A model generated the notes under the pieces. The model was not told the origin of the DNA, did not search any database, and saw only the letters and a list, made by a program, of their open reading frames with translations. 64,000 nt of DNA from a bacterium (GTDB lineage: Bacteria; Krumholzibacteriota; Krumholzibacteriia; G020349025). The stretch lies in contig JANLSU010000120.1 of assembly GCA_031362565.1 (NCBI GenBank), forward strand, positions 64,001 to 128,000, in the 5' to 3' direction. The stretch's first letter is position 1. Every line of letters begins with the position of its first letter. A program made the position numbers and the translations under genes. Below, piece after piece: positions 48,118-63,187 of this stretch.

Positions 48118-50925
<2,808 letters not shown>

Positions 50926-51160
50926 TGGCGCGGTGACGGCGCCGGTCCGTGGTGTCACCAGCCACGGCGCGGCGTTCCGGCTGGCGCGCACTGCAGCGTT
51001 GCGGGTCGCGCCGGCCGGAAACCTCTCGCCCCATGAGGTCCGGCACGGGGGTCAGCAGGGGGAGCCGACGCGAGCTGCACGCCTTGCGCTGAGTGTGTGC
51101 TGCTTGCTACGCTCGAATTGCGTGAAGGGTCCACGGGTACGCTGACGCGGGGGTGCACCG

Positions 51161-51496
51161 GTGGCGCTGGTCGAATTGACGCCGAGAGCCGAGAAGAGCC
51201 TTCTCGAGATCCTGAGTACGAAGCGTCTGGACGACACGTTACTCGTTGTCGAGATGATCGAGGGCGAGCGCGAAGCTCACTTGTCGGTCAAGACATCAGA
51301 GGACTTGAGAAGTCTGCAGAGAAACATCGAAATGGTCGGTCCTTTCCGGTTGCCGTTGGGAAGTGAGGAAGTCGCACTCTTCGTGAGTGAGCCTCACACG
51401 TCCGTCGGCGGCCGGTACGAGTTGGACTACTACTCCTGCGGCGGAAGGAACTGCTTCCAGATCCGCCCACAGGATCTGCAGAACATCGCGGACTGA
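51161..51496 (+). CDS. Hypothetical protein (weak HesB/IscA-like pattern)
   Basis: 111 aa with natural composition, followed by a terminator. Confidence 0.55.
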   Translation: MALVELTPRAEKSLLEILSTKRLDDTLLVVEMIEGEREAHLSVKTSEDLRSLQRNIEMVGPFRLPLGSEEVALFVSEPHTSVGGRYELDYYSCGGRNCFQIRPQDLQNIAD

Positions 51497-51507
51497 ATTC
51501 GCCAGTC

Positions 51508-51546
51508 ACACCCCACGCAGCGCAGGCTGCGTGGGGTGTTTTCTTT
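51508..51546 (+). terminator. Intrinsic terminator
   Basis: ACACCCCACGCAGC-GCAG-GCTGCGTGGGGTGT followed by TTTCTTT. Confidence 0.85.
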
Positions 51547-51580
51547 GTGGGGTGCGCCTCACTGGTGGCCGCGCCGCGAT

Positions 51581-51943
51581 TTACGCGTCGCGGTGCACGG
51601 TGTCGGGGGTGAATCCTGGCAGACAGACGGCAACATACTCGGCGCCTTCGGCGCCCGGGGTGCTGTAACGCACCCATTCGCCGCGCGGCACGATGATGGC
51701 CTGGCCTGGCTGCACGTCGAAGGCCCGTGCCTTGGTCTCGACGTGCAAAGTGCCGTGCAGCACGACCGTATACTCGTCGAACTCCGGAGTCTGTCCCGGC
51801 TCCACCCAACCACCGGGGCTGCGCATGCGCGCGACGCTGACCGCGGCCGTCTGGGTATTCACGCGCCCGACGAATTCTTCGATCAATTTCGGCTTGTTGC
51901 CGGCGGATTCGATCACGGTCGGACGCTCGACGAGCGTAGCCAT
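51581..51943 (-). CDS. Cupin-domain protein (EutQ-like)
   Basis: KPKLIEEFVGRVN, GW.EPGQTPEFDEYT.VL.G.L, V.YSTP. Confidence 0.8.
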   Translation of the reverse strand: MATLVERPTVIESAGNKPKLIEEFVGRVNTQTAAVSVARMRSPGGWVEPGQTPEFDEYTVVLHGTLHVETKARAFDVQPGQAIIVPRGEWVRYSTPGAEGAEYVAVCLPGFTPDTVHRDA

Positions 51944-51987
51944 GTGTGCCTCACTCGATTGCTTTCGTGATGGACAGCGCCAGCCGT

Positions 51988-52638
51988 TCAACCGGCGCGC
52001 GATGAGTCGTGCTCGCGTCCCGTGAGCTGCTCCAAAGCGCGCACCGCGGCTTCCATCGCCGAATCGATGTTCGACTCGTCGCCCGAGAGCATGACGCGGC
52101 CAAAAGCGCCGTAGGGCTGTACGTGCACGAGCTTGATGCGCGCCGCCTTCTCGGCCTCGTTCGCCGCATACACGGCATAAGCCGCCGGAGTCGTCTCCAG
52201 GATGAAGAGTGATTCCCCCGGAATCAGCATGTTGCCTTCGCGATTACGGTTCACGACTTGGGCGTGCATGGGTTCGATGGCGCGGATGATCTGCTTGGAT
52301 ACGACTGTTGGCTTCAAGCGGTCGGTCTCTTCCATTTCCAAGTAGTTGAGTGCGGCGCGGCCCGCCTGGCGCACCTCGCCTTGATCGGAGTGGTGCAGTT
52401 CCAGGATCCCGAAAGCGCGCTCGACGACTTGGTTGGCGGGCTGTACGCCGGTTGCCTTCAGGCAAATGTCTGTGATGTTGTTGATCGCGATGCCGGGCGC
52501 GATCTCGATCCACAGCGACGCCATGTCGCGCACCGGCGCGAAACCGCGCCCGGTGACCCCAATGAACGCCGCGAGCTGCGGCTGCAAACTGTCGAGAAAA
52601 ACGTAGGTACGCAGCGTGATCGATCGCGAATCGGCCAT
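51988..52638 (-). CDS. Bacterial microcompartment trimer shell protein (BMC-T, CcmP/CsoS1D type)
   Basis: [52 protein letters not shown]. Confidence 0.9.
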   Translation of the reverse strand: MADSRSITLRTYVFLDSLQPQLAAFIGVTGRGFAPVRDMASLWIEIAPGIAINNITDICLKATGVQPANQVVERAFGILELHHSDQGEVRQAGRAALNYLEMEETDRLKPTVVSKQIIRAIEPMHAQVVNRNREGNMLIPGESLFILETTPAAYAVYAANEAEKAARIKLVHVQPYGAFGRVMLSGDESNIDSAMEAAVRALEQLTGREHDSSRAG

Positions 52639-52677
52639 GAGTCGAGCCTCCAAAGCCCGTGAGTTCGGATGGCCGAC

Positions 52678-52783
52678 AGTGTACCGCTCGGCGCCTCCCG
52701 GGTGCTAGGCTCCAGCGGTCGCATCACGAAGTCTTGGCCTCGGGAAGGGAGTGCCCCATGGCCGCGGAGATCCAGCCGCTCGA
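52678..52783 (-). repeat. ~106-bp dispersed repeat, copy A, ending in -10-like TACACT
   Basis: About 11 differences from 56106-56212 by manual alignment. Confidence 0.9.
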
Positions 52784-52844
52784 AATCGCCGCAATGAAAT
52801 TTTGCTGGGGCATGAGCAACCGCACCTGAGCAGTGGAGGAACAA

Positions 52845-53321
52845 ATGCCGATCGGCTCTTCAGAGCAAGAAGACGATTTCGTGATGCGGCAGATCCGCCT
52901 ACTCGCTCAAACGCTGGCGCGAATATGCGGCCTGCAAGCGATGGGCGATGCCATGGCAGCCGATGCGGAATTGAGCGCGGCCCGCGCAACTCTTCTCGGC
53001 GGCCGCGCGGACCTCATTGATCACTTGGACCCCGCGTCCGGCGCGGAGTTGCTCGCCGAGCCGAACGCGATCCTGGCTGCGGCCGAGCTGTGTGCGATGG
53101 AAGCCGAGCTGCTGCGCATGCGCGGCGCAGGCGATCGGGCCGGCGCGTTGGATTGCCGGGCGCTGCAGTTCGCATTGGAAGCTTGGCTGCGTGACCCGCA
53201 GACCGAAGAGACGCTAGCGCGGATTCGTGTCTCCGCGGCGCGCCTGCCGCCCGGCGCGTTGCCGTCAACGTACGATGCCACCCTGCGGCTTGCGCTCGAT
53301 CAGCCCACCGGGCCCGCGTAG
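52845..53321 (+). CDS. Hypothetical helical protein (DUF6483-like)
   Basis: GGAGG RBS; EDDFVMRQIRLLAQTLARI N-terminal pattern. Confidence 0.6.
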   Translation: MPIGSSEQEDDFVMRQIRLLAQTLARICGLQAMGDAMAADAELSAARATLLGGRADLIDHLDPASGAELLAEPNAILAAAELCAMEAELLRMRGAGDRAGALDCRALQFALEAWLRDPQTEETLARIRVSAARLPPGALPSTYDATLRLALDQPTGPA

Positions 53322-53332
53322 CGCGCCGAGCG

Positions 53333-56044
<2,712 letters not shown>

Positions 56045-56105
56045 GGTACGGGTGTGCTTGGGATGCGGTCAAGCTGAAGCCGCAGAGGTTCAGTGCCGCG
56101 CTGCG

Positions 56106-56212
56106 AGTGTACCGCTCGACGCCTCCCGGGTGCTAGGCTCCACCGGTCGCATCGCGACTTCTTGGCCTCGGCAAAGGAGTGCCCCCATGCTCGCGGGGAT
56201 CCAGCCGCTCGA
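56106..56212 (-). repeat. ~107-bp dispersed repeat, copy B
   Basis: Aligns to 52678-52783. Confidence 0.9.
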
Positions 56213-56964
56213 TCGAATCGCGTGCCCGCCCAGCGCGCAACATCGCGGAACGATCGCTTGATGCCGGCCTCTTCGCCGGTTACGCCTGTCGCTCTTTGCG
56301 CAAGACGAAATGCAGGTGGCGAAGCATCCGGCCTTGGGCTCGCTGCGTGAAGCGCTCCTTGCCGCCGGTGTTCCGGCGCGATGCGTAGGACTCACTATGT
56401 TGCCGGCGAAGAAATTGATCCATTGGTCGTTCGCAATGAGTCAGCCGGTGACCACCGGCCGAAATTTGGAAAGCACTCACCGCTGTCCCGGGTCCGCATC
56501 CGCCCGGACCTGCGACCGGCATGTGGATCGCAGGTACATCCGCCGCCTGGCGACGGTATCGCCATCCTGATCTCAGCCGGGGCGGCTCAGTGTCGCCGGA
56601 AGGAGCCGGTTTCGGCGGCGCATTCTCGTCCGACCAAACGCCCGCGACGAGTGCATTGTCGTGAATTGGGTCAAATTCCACATGTAATGCACTCGTTGCA
56701 CTCGGGCGGCGCGAAGAAATCGAATTCGAGCTTGTCAAAAACCCTTTTCCGTTGATCCTCGCTCCCGTGCCGCGTAGCATTGCGACATTGAGTCACGTCG
56801 CTTGTCCGTCGGCTCGCCCCCGCGTACCCGTGGTTTCGCGTGGCGATGTCCCACGGTCCGGTTCACTTGGTCGGCTGCCGCACGCGGCACCTGGCTGACG
56901 CGAATCGGGAGCCCGCATCGCCACTGATGGACCGGCGCAATCTCTGCATCATGGAGGCCTCTCG

Positions 56965-59283
56965 ATGTCCACATCTGTTATCGCGGTAAGGCGCTTTCGG
57001 CGTCTCAACGGCGTTGCGGCATTGGTGTTGGTGCTCGCGCTGGGTGCGCTGGCGCTGGCGCCGGCGAGTGCCACCGCTGACTCCGTCACGTTCGGCGCGC
57101 CTTCGCCCGCCGGCGCATGCGTCACGGTGCCCGTCAACATCACGCGGACGGCAGCAACGGCTGCTCGGAGCATCAGCGTGACGATCCAACTGAGCGCCGA
57201 TCTAGTCCTTTGTTCGCCGACGCCAACGGTGAGTATCACGCGCGGTACTTGGCTCGACGGTTTCGGGTCGGGTGTTCCGTTCTACTTCGTCCTCGACCAG
57301 GGCGCTGGAAAGTATCAAATCGATCAGAGTGTCGCCGGCACACCGTGCGGTCCCACCGGCAACGGAACTCTGTTCAACGTGTCGGTGAAAGCGGCTTCTG
57401 GCGCCGTTACCTCCGGAACGATCTCGATTCTTTCGACGCCGAGCGCCGTCGACTGCACCGGTGGTGGGTTCACTCCGAGCGCCGGCAGCCCAGTCACGCT
57501 CACCTTCCCCAGCGGTGCACTCGGCCCGATTACCGGCTTCACCGCGACGCGGGTCCCAACGGGCAATGACGCCGATGGCACGGCGAAAACCCGGTTCGAA
57601 TTCACGCTACCAGCCGGGGCGACAGCAGCGGAAATCTATGCGGCGCCGTTCGGCAACTATCCCGAGTTCGACGATCCAACCTCGACCGGTCCGGTGCGCA
57701 AGATCAACTTCCAGCCCAGCGCTACGACGGTTCCGGTCGGCTTCGAGGGTGATTTTGGTCTCGTTTACACTGCGGCGCGCGGCTATGGCTGGAACGCACC
57801 GGTTCCGACGACCAACCGCAATCTCAATCCGGGCAACCCCAACGATACCTTCGCATTCGCCTTCAACTCCGATCCGGCCGCCACTTGGGAGATCGATGTG
57901 GCTCCCGGCTCGGTACACCAGGTGCGTGTCGTGTGCGGCGATCCTAGCAATCAGCAGCGCGCCAACGTGGTCGTCGAGGGAGTCACTTTCCTCACCAACA
58001 TCCTCACGAATGGCGGCGTTTACACGGAAGCGACGCATTCTGTAACAGTCGCCGACGGCAAACTGACAGTGCAAATCGGCGGGGCTGCTGGGGGATCGCC
58101 ACCGTTGTCGCACACCAAGATCGACTTCATCGAGGTTGGCGGCGTTGCGACCGGTCCCGGTGGATCCCTGCCACCGGTTGTGGGTTCGTTTCCGCCGCCC
58201 GCGCGCTACACGCTGCTTGGCACACCGGCGACATCGCCCGCGTTCCTCGAGTCGACGGTTCGCGACTACTATTCCTTCGTTGCCTTCGCCGTCAGCGGTG
58301 GGACGCGTTCGGCACCGGTGGCTACAGCGAGCGGTCTGCTGAACTACCACTTGGGGGATGTCTACCCGGCGTGCTCCGGAGACAACGTCATCGACGTTCA
58401 TGATTTGAGTTTGTTCGCAGCGAACTACGGGTTGACCATTCCGAATGGCGACTCGCGTGGGTGTCTCGACTTCTGCCCGGTCGGCACTACCGATCCGAGC
58501 AAGGGCCTCTCCCAGACCGACAATGTGATCGACTTTCAGGACCTGAACTGTCTTGCCACGAACTACGGTGCCGTGTCGAAGGCCGTGATCCGGCCACTGC
58601 CCATGTCCACGAACTTGCTTTCGTTGGAAGCGGTCGAGCAGGATGGCGTGCATCTCGTGCGCGCGGATGTCCGCATGCAGGGCGATGGAACGGTCCGAAC
58701 CGCATCAGTGAAACTGGCGTGGAACGGGCGCGTAGTCGAGCCGATCGATGTCGCGATCGGCGATTTTCTCGACGCGCAAGGTGGCATCGCGTTGCAGCCG
58801 TGTCCCGGAAGTGTGGACTTCGCGATACTCGGGACCGCGGAAGTGGGGTTCTTGGGGGATGGACTCGCGGCGAGCGTCCGGTTTCGACGGCTGACGCCGG
58901 GTGACCCGGGCCTCGCAATCGAACAGGTTCGGGCGATCGATCTTCAGGGCGCTACTGCAGCCGTCCAGATTGCGGTGGGTCGCGATCAATCGACCGCACC
59001 ACGACCCCGCACGGCGCTGGTTGGAAACATCCCGAATCCGTTCAATCCTTCGACAAAGATTTCGTTCTCTGTCGCCGCTCGCGAGACCGTACGAATTTCG
59101 ATTTACGGGCTCGATGGGCGTTTGGTGAAACATCTCGTGCATGGCGAACTCGACGCTGGCTCGCACGAGGTCACTTGGGACGGCGCGGACGATCGCGGCG
59201 CTCGCGTCGCATCCGGCGTGTACTACGCCCGGCTTGCGACCCAGGAAGGTACTTTGTCGCGGCCGCTCGTACTCGTCAAGTAA
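56965..59283 (+). CDS. Secreted modular protein: cohesin-like, galactose-binding-like domain, dockerin-like repeat pair, cohesin-like, FlgD-Ig
   Basis: GGAGG RBS and signal peptide; DNVIDVHDL...ANYG and DNVIDFQDL...TNYG; PNPFNPST..WDG.D..G..VASGVYY. Confidence 0.8.
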   Translation: MSTSVIAVRRFRRLNGVAALVLVLALGALALAPASATADSVTFGAPSPAGACVTVPVNITRTAATAARSISVTIQLSADLVLCSPTPTVSITRGTWLDGFGSGVPFYFVLDQGAGKYQIDQSVAGTPCGPTGNGTLFNVSVKAASGAVTSGTISILSTPSAVDCTGGGFTPSAGSPVTLTFPSGALGPITGFTATRVPTGNDADGTAKTRFEFTLPAGATAAEIYAAPFGNYPEFDDPTSTGPVRKINFQPSATTVPVGFEGDFGLVYTAARGYGWNAPVPTTNRNLNPGNPNDTFAFAFNSDPAATWEIDVAPGSVHQVRVVCGDPSNQQRANVVVEGVTFLTNILTNGGVYTEATHSVTVADGKLTVQIGGAAGGSPPLSHTKIDFIEVGGVATGPGGSLPPVVGSFPPPARYTLLGTPATSPAFLESTVRDYYSFVAFAVSGGTRSAPVATASGLLNYHLGDVYPACSGDNVIDVHDLSLFAANYGLTIPNGDSRGCLDFCPVGTTDPSKGLSQTDNVIDFQDLNCLATNYGAVSKAVIRPLPMSTNLLSLEAVEQDGVHLVRADVRMQGDGTVRTASVKLAWNGRVVEPIDVAIGDFLDAQGGIALQPCPGSVDFAILGTAEVGFLGDGLAASVRFRRLTPGDPGLAIEQVRAIDLQGATAAVQIAVGRDQSTAPRPRTALVGNIPNPFNPSTKISFSVAARETVRISIYGLDGRLVKHLVHGELDAGSHEVTWDGADDRGARVASGVYYARLATQEGTLSRPLVLVK

Positions 59284-59332
59284 TGGCGGCGGGCGCCTGG
59301 TGGAGTGCCCGCGTACGACACCTGGACGATCG

Positions 59333-59361
59333 GATGGGCTCGCCCGGCGGGCGAGCCCATC
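59333..59361 (+). other. Perfect 13-bp intergenic hairpin
   Basis: GATGGGCTCGCCC-GGC-GGGCGAGCCCATC without a poly-T tail. Confidence 0.6.
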
Positions 59362-59404
59362 TTCGCCCGTCTCGAGGTCACGGTTCGTTCATCCAGGAGG
59401 CGGT

Positions 59405-60208
59405 ATGAACCATAGACGGAGGGCATTCGTCGTCCTGATGTTGACGGCGGCGCTCGTATCGACCGCTCGCGCCGGCGTCCATGTGGCGCTGCTGCCGAGC
59501 GTCACACACGTGAACCTCGGAGCCGACTTTCAGGTTGTACTACAAATCACCGAGGCCGGGTCTCTCTTCAACGCGTATGCAGCCGCGATCGCCTACGACC
59601 CTTCGGCCATCACCTTCGTGCAGGAGCCACTGTCGTCTCAGGAGGGCGCCTACATGCACGACGCTTGCGGCAACACCTTTCAGACGTTCCATGCGACAAG
59701 CGCCCAGCTGACGATCGAGCACGTGATTATTTGTACCGGGATGGCACTGTCCGGTCCCGGTAATCTTTACGTGCTGCACTTCCGAGCCGGGAGCCGCGCC
59801 CGATTGGCGAACATCGCGTTCGCCTCGGTGCAATTCCTCAATGGTGGCGGCCCGGTTCCCCTGTCGTCGAGTACCGGCGCTTCGGTCATGATCGGTTCAC
59901 CCACGGATTCGGCAGAGCCGTTCGGTGCGGGTCTCGGGATGACGCTGGTCGCCTCACCCAATCCATTCGTGTCGCAGACCATCCTCGCGGTTCGCGGTGC
60001 CGATGCCGCGGCCGCCGCGATTGATATCCACGACTCGCGCGGCCGGCTCGTGCGCGTGCTCGAGGTAGTTTCGTCCAACACCGGCGCGCATTCGCTGTCG
60101 TGGGACGGATGCGATTCCGGCGGCGCCCGGCTTGCGGCAGGCGTCTACTGGGCCACACTGCACGGTCGAACGTCCGCAATCACGCGCCGGCTGGTGCTAC
60201 TGCGCTGA
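59405..60208 (+). CDS. Secreted cohesin-like plus FlgD-Ig protein
   Basis: AGGAGG RBS and signal peptide; G.DF.V...FNAY.A.I.YDP..ITFV; PNPF..WDG. Confidence 0.75.
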   Translation: MNHRRRAFVVLMLTAALVSTARAGVHVALLPSVTHVNLGADFQVVLQITEAGSLFNAYAAAIAYDPSAITFVQEPLSSQEGAYMHDACGNTFQTFHATSAQLTIEHVIICTGMALSGPGNLYVLHFRAGSRARLANIAFASVQFLNGGGPVPLSSSTGASVMIGSPTDSAEPFGAGLGMTLVASPNPFVSQTILAVRGADAAAAAIDIHDSRGRLVRVLEVVSSNTGAHSLSWDGCDSGGARLAAGVYWATLHGRTSAITRRLVLLR

Positions 60209-60481
60209 CATGATTCGTCGCTCGTACGCTGGTCCCTCCTCCAGCAAAACTCCTGACAACATTGCGTCGCATCGCGCGTTTCCAGACGCCGTTTGAGTCG
60301 GCTGACGCGTATCGCGCCCGCGCCGCGGTGATGCTGCGTGTTGTTCCGGACACCGGCGGCGTGCCACCGGCCTTTGCTTGCCATGCAGCCGCCGCTCGTG
60401 ATACCGGTCTCATCCGCGCGTTTCCCATGAGCGCCGCGATTGCTGCGTTTTGAACCGTCGGGCCTGGGTTGTGGAGGGAAG

Positions 60482-61297
60482 ATGAGACCGGTTCTTCGAA
60501 CGATCTGCATGTTATCGCTATTCGTCTGCTGCATTGTCCCGATGCTTGCCGGCCGCGCCGCGGCTGCCATCGACGCGACACTTGTCCCAAGTGCGAGCAC
60601 CGTGCACGCGGGAACCGAATTCGAAGTTCGTATTCACGTCACGAATCCTGGTGTCGAGTTCAACACCTACGAGGCATACATCGGCTACGACCCTGCGTTC
60701 CTGACCTTCGTTCCGTCGTCGCCACTCTCCCTGCAGGAGGGTGCGTACATGACCACGGCGTGCGGCAACACGTTCCACCTTTTCCAGCCGTCGGCAACAG
60801 TGTTGCACATCACCCACTCGCTTCTGTGCGCGAATCAGTTTCTGGTGACCGGCGGAGATGTCTATATTCTCCATTTTCAAGCCAAAGCCCTGGCCGGCAA
60901 CACCCAGATCACGTTCAACCAGATACAATTTCTACGCGGCGGTAACCCAGCCACCGCCGGAACATTGACGAACGCCACGGTCCAGATCTCGAGCCCGACG
61001 GATGCCGGCGTGCCGACCGCAACCCACCTGCGGGTGCGAGTGACTCCGAACCCTTTCAATCCAACCGCCGTCGTCACGATCGAATCGGCGCAGGCTGGGT
61101 TCCAGCGCGTGCTCGTACACGACATGCGGGGACGCTTGCTCGCAACCCTCGGCTCGGGGGACTTCCCGGCCGGTACGCGACGCGTCATCTGGTCCGGGCA
61201 GAACGCGAGCGGCCAGCACCTGCCCTCGGGAGCATACGTTCTGTCGGTGCAGACCCCGAACGAGACCCGCTCGCAGCGCGTGTTCTTGATCAAGTAG
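60482..61297 (+). CDS. Secreted cohesin-like plus FlgD-Ig protein (paralog of 59405)
   Basis: Shares PLS.QEGAYM..ACGNTF..F and Y.LHF.A with 59405; PNPFNP. Confidence 0.75.
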   Translation: MRPVLRTICMLSLFVCCIVPMLAGRAAAAIDATLVPSASTVHAGTEFEVRIHVTNPGVEFNTYEAYIGYDPAFLTFVPSSPLSLQEGAYMTTACGNTFHLFQPSATVLHITHSLLCANQFLVTGGDVYILHFQAKALAGNTQITFNQIQFLRGGNPATAGTLTNATVQISSPTDAGVPTATHLRVRVTPNPFNPTAVVTIESAQAGFQRVLVHDMRGRLLATLGSGDFPAGTRRVIWSGQNASGQHLPSGAYVLSVQTPNETRSQRVFLIK

Positions 61298-61327
61298 GAG
61301 AATCAGGCGCCGCGCGGCGCATCAGGC

Positions 61328-63187
61328 TCAGTGCCGCGCGGCGACCTCGAAGACTTGGACGGCGCCGAATCGCGCCACTGGAACGAGCCGGCCTGCCTGT
61401 TGCCATTCCGCGAGCCGCTTTCGCGGCAGCAAGGTGCTTCGATCCGGCACGACGATCCAGCGAACGCCTTTATAGGTCACGGGGTCGGAGGGAGTCTGAA
61501 CTGCGATCACCCGCCGGCGCTGGACCCACTCGGGCGGAAAGCCAAAACCCTCGGTCGCCCCGTCGATTTGCAGTTCCGGCAAACCTCCGAGTTGCGCGTA
61601 CCGCGGTGCGACTTCGGGTGGGCTGAAGACGATTTCTCCGGCGCGAATGTGCTGGCGCAACCATGAGATCGTGGCGGCATGGTCGGCGTCGACGGGCGGC
61701 GGCGATGGGAAGAAGAACACCGGCAGGTTCTTGGCAGGGTGCGCGAGACAGGCAAGAAAACCCGCCCCCGGCACGGCCACGCCGGCGAGCAACAAGGCGG
61801 CTAGCGGCAATGCCAAGACACGGCGGCGCGCCGCAACGAGTTGCGCCAAAGCGACGCCCGAAGCCATTCCCAGAGCGAGCGCCGCAACCGTTCCGAACTT
61901 GCTGATGTCCCACGAATGCTCGTACTTCATCGCATTCACAACCACGATGCTGCCAGATGCGAGGCAAGCCAGCACCAACCCCCAGGCGGTGCTCCGGCGC
62001 AAGAGCAACACGATCCCAATGATTCCGAGCGGCAACGCGAAGCCCAAAGACGCTAGATCCCACAGCAGATTCGTCGCCACCCGGCCCGTTTGACTCCAAG
62101 GAGAAAACTTCAGGCCGTAACTCACTTCGGGGACCGATGCAAAGAACCCTCCGAGCCGGCTCGCGACGCCAACCGAGACGACCATCAGGCCACCCCACGC
62201 GACGGCGGTGCGCCACGCGGCCCGCGCGTTGCTCGCGACCTGTACAACTCCGAGCGCGGCGAGAAGTGTGCAGAACAACACGAAATGACAGATCGATAAA
62301 CAGAGAAACAAGACCAACAGAACACTAAAGCGCCACTTGGAAGCACCCGGCTGGCGATCGAGCCCGAGTCCCAGGATCGTGAGCGTCAGCGGAATGCCGA
62401 TCGACCACGGATGTTGGAAAAAATACGACACGATGGACGGGTTCAGTACCGCGCGGTCGACCGTCACGAGACCGAACCAGCGATGCAGGCCGGCGGGTGC
62501 GCCGTACGGCTCACCGAGCAGCGCGAAGGGCCCGTTCAGCAACAATGTGATCGGCAGGATCCACCCGCGTCCTGCGCCGCAGAGCCGCTCGCCCAAGCCC
62601 CACCCCAAGCACCAGGCGTAGAACCAGCCGGCGGCCGTAACGGCGTCGATCGATCGCTCGACCGACAAACGCGTCAGCGTGCTGACCAACGCGACGAGAA
62701 GGTCGAACCCGTAGTGGTAACGCAACAGGCAGTCGGCGAATTGGCCATGCCGCGGCGGATAGATTCCATTTTGGATCTGCGATGCAAACGCCTGGTGGCC
62801 CGAGATCCAAAGCTCGTCGTGGAACGCAAACCGGAACGCCGCGGGGAGGAACAAGAGGAGTGCAGCGCAGGCCGGCAGCCACATGGCGAGAGGCAAGCGA
62901 GCATCGTGGTCTCGAGGCCGCCGGCGGTCGAACCAGAGGAGGATCCCAGCCGCGGTCCCAACCGCGAGTGTCCCCGCCCACATGCCGCGCGTGAAGGAGT
63001 GCGTCACGAGCCCGATGACATGAACGCCGAGGAGCCACAGCGCCACGGCGATCGCCGGTGCGGCCACGCGCCCAAAGATCGGGTCGAGCGTCACCCGCCG
63101 TGCAACCGGCCGTGCGGCTGCAAAGATCACCACTACAAAGGGAATGAGAACGACGGCGGCCGGCGATTGCGGCGACATGACGTTCAC
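61328..63187 (-). CDS. Polytopic membrane protein, probable GT-C glycosyltransferase
   Basis: HDE, YPP, LRYHYGFD, KYEHSWDISKF, many TM segments; GTGA overlap with the upstream gene. Confidence 0.62.
   Translation of the reverse strand: MNVMSPQSPAAVVLIPFVVVIFAAARPVARRVTLDPIFGRVAAPAIAVALWLLGVHVIGLVTHSFTRGMWAGTLAVGTAAGILLWFDRRRPRDHDARLPLAMWLPACAALLLFLPAAFRFAFHDELWISGHQAFASQIQNGIYPPRHGQFADCLLRYHYGFDLLVALVSTLTRLSVERSIDAVTAAGWFYAWCLGWGLGERLCGAGRGWILPITLLLNGPFALLGEPYGAPAGLHRWFGLVTVDRAVLNPSIVSYFFQHPWSIGIPLTLTILGLGLDRQPGASKWRFSVLLVLFLCLSICHFVLFCTLLAALGVVQVASNARAAWRTAVAWGGLMVVSVGVASRLGGFFASVPEVSYGLKFSPWSQTGRVATNLLWDLASLGFALPLGIIGIVLLLRRSTAWGLVLACLASGSIVVVNAMKYEHSWDISKFGTVAALALGMASGVALAQLVAARRRVLALPLAALLLAGVAVPGAGFLACLAHPAKNLPVFFFPSPPPVDADHAATISWLRQHIRAGEIVFSPPEVAPRYAQLGGLPELQIDGATEGFGFPPEWVQRRRVIAVQTPSDPVTYKGVRWIVVPDRSTLLPRKRLAEWQQAGRLVPVARFGAVQVFEVAARH

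Noticed and set aside
56640..56740. TGTC/TGTAAT-like hexamers upstream of the scaffold gene
   Set aside because: Spacing is not 11-bp periodic, so it was not counted in the regulon
56280..56780. 166-aa minus-strand ORF in the kinase-scaffold intergenic region
   Set aside because: No RBS, motif or natural composition; probably non-coding or an unrecognisable remnant
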